This document shows positions 63,590-64,000 of a DNA stretch of 64,000 nucleotides, one piece after another (positions within the stretch are counted from its first letter, which is position 1; the number at the start of each line of letters is the position of its first letter). This DNA is from Leucoraja ocellata. Taxonomy: Eukaryota. A program made the position numbers and the translations under genes. Location: assembly GCA_036785375.1 (NCBI GenBank), contig JAWMAR010000134.1, positions 1,984,001-2,048,000 of the forward strand. The letters are read 5' to 3'. Under the pieces are notes generated by a model. The model worked only from the letters and a program-made list of their open reading frames with translations, was not told the origin of the DNA and searched no databases.

Positions 63590-63880
63590 TTGCACACCTC
63601 CAGTTTCTACCCAACTGTTATCAGGCAACTGAATCTTCCTACCGCAATGAGAGAACAGTCCTGAACTACTATCTACCTCATTGGTGACCCTCTCAGACTA
63701 TCTTTGATCGGCCTTTATTGGTTTTATCTTGCACTAAACGTTATTCCCTTATCATGTACCTGTGCACTGTGAATGACTCGATTGTAATCATCCATTGCCT
63801 TTCCGCTGAATGGTTAGCATGCAACAAAATATTTTCACTGTACCTCAGTGCATATGACAATAAACTAAACTGAACTGAAA
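63590..63880 (+). mobile_element. Rex1-type 3' tail or short non-autonomous element
   Basis: ttttcactgtacctc..tgacaataaactaaactgaactgaa; related fragments at 33160-33235 and 8845-8890 on minus. Confidence 0.65.
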
Positions 63881-64000
63881 CGGGGCAAAAAACAGAGACA
63901 AAAGGGAAAATCCTCCAAGCTTCTAGATCACTGACCATGATCATGGACCATGCTGTAGATTCTAGAGTGGACTTTAGCCTTGGCTTTCACCGGGAGCCTA

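Overview
Repeat-rich vertebrate genomic DNA. The repeat families (HE1/V-SINE-type tRNA SINEs, HER1/CR1 LINEs, a Deu-domain SINE remnant) point to a cartilaginous fish, probably a skate or ray (inference). No host coding exon can be named with confidence. A CpG island at about 50.6-52.2 kb holds a probable first exon of a minus-strand gene ending at a perfect CAG|GTGAGT donor (51407/51406), so 1-51.4 kb is probably intronic, with two candidate small 5' exons. Nearly all recognisable ORFs are transposon-derived. At 24.8-29.7 kb a Tc1 (IR/DR) transposon contains a GC-rich non-autonomous retroelement, which itself contains a young Penelope-like element (uninterrupted RT + GIY-YIG ORF, hammerhead ribozyme motif, 7-bp TSD); a CR1 fragment is inserted separately into the Tc1. 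The most interesting signals are: (i) about 18 short Penelope-terminus elements, most carrying a minimal hammerhead motif, several as fold-back palindromes; (ii) a family of ~850-bp CpG-rich, Rex1-tailed non-coding elements whose three hairpins are kept despite sequence divergence; (iii) a chimeric SINE-ATG/Penelope ORF unit; (iv) non-autonomous Helitron-like elements with G-rich satellites on either side of the promoter. Boundaries of degenerate repeats were read by eye and are approximate.
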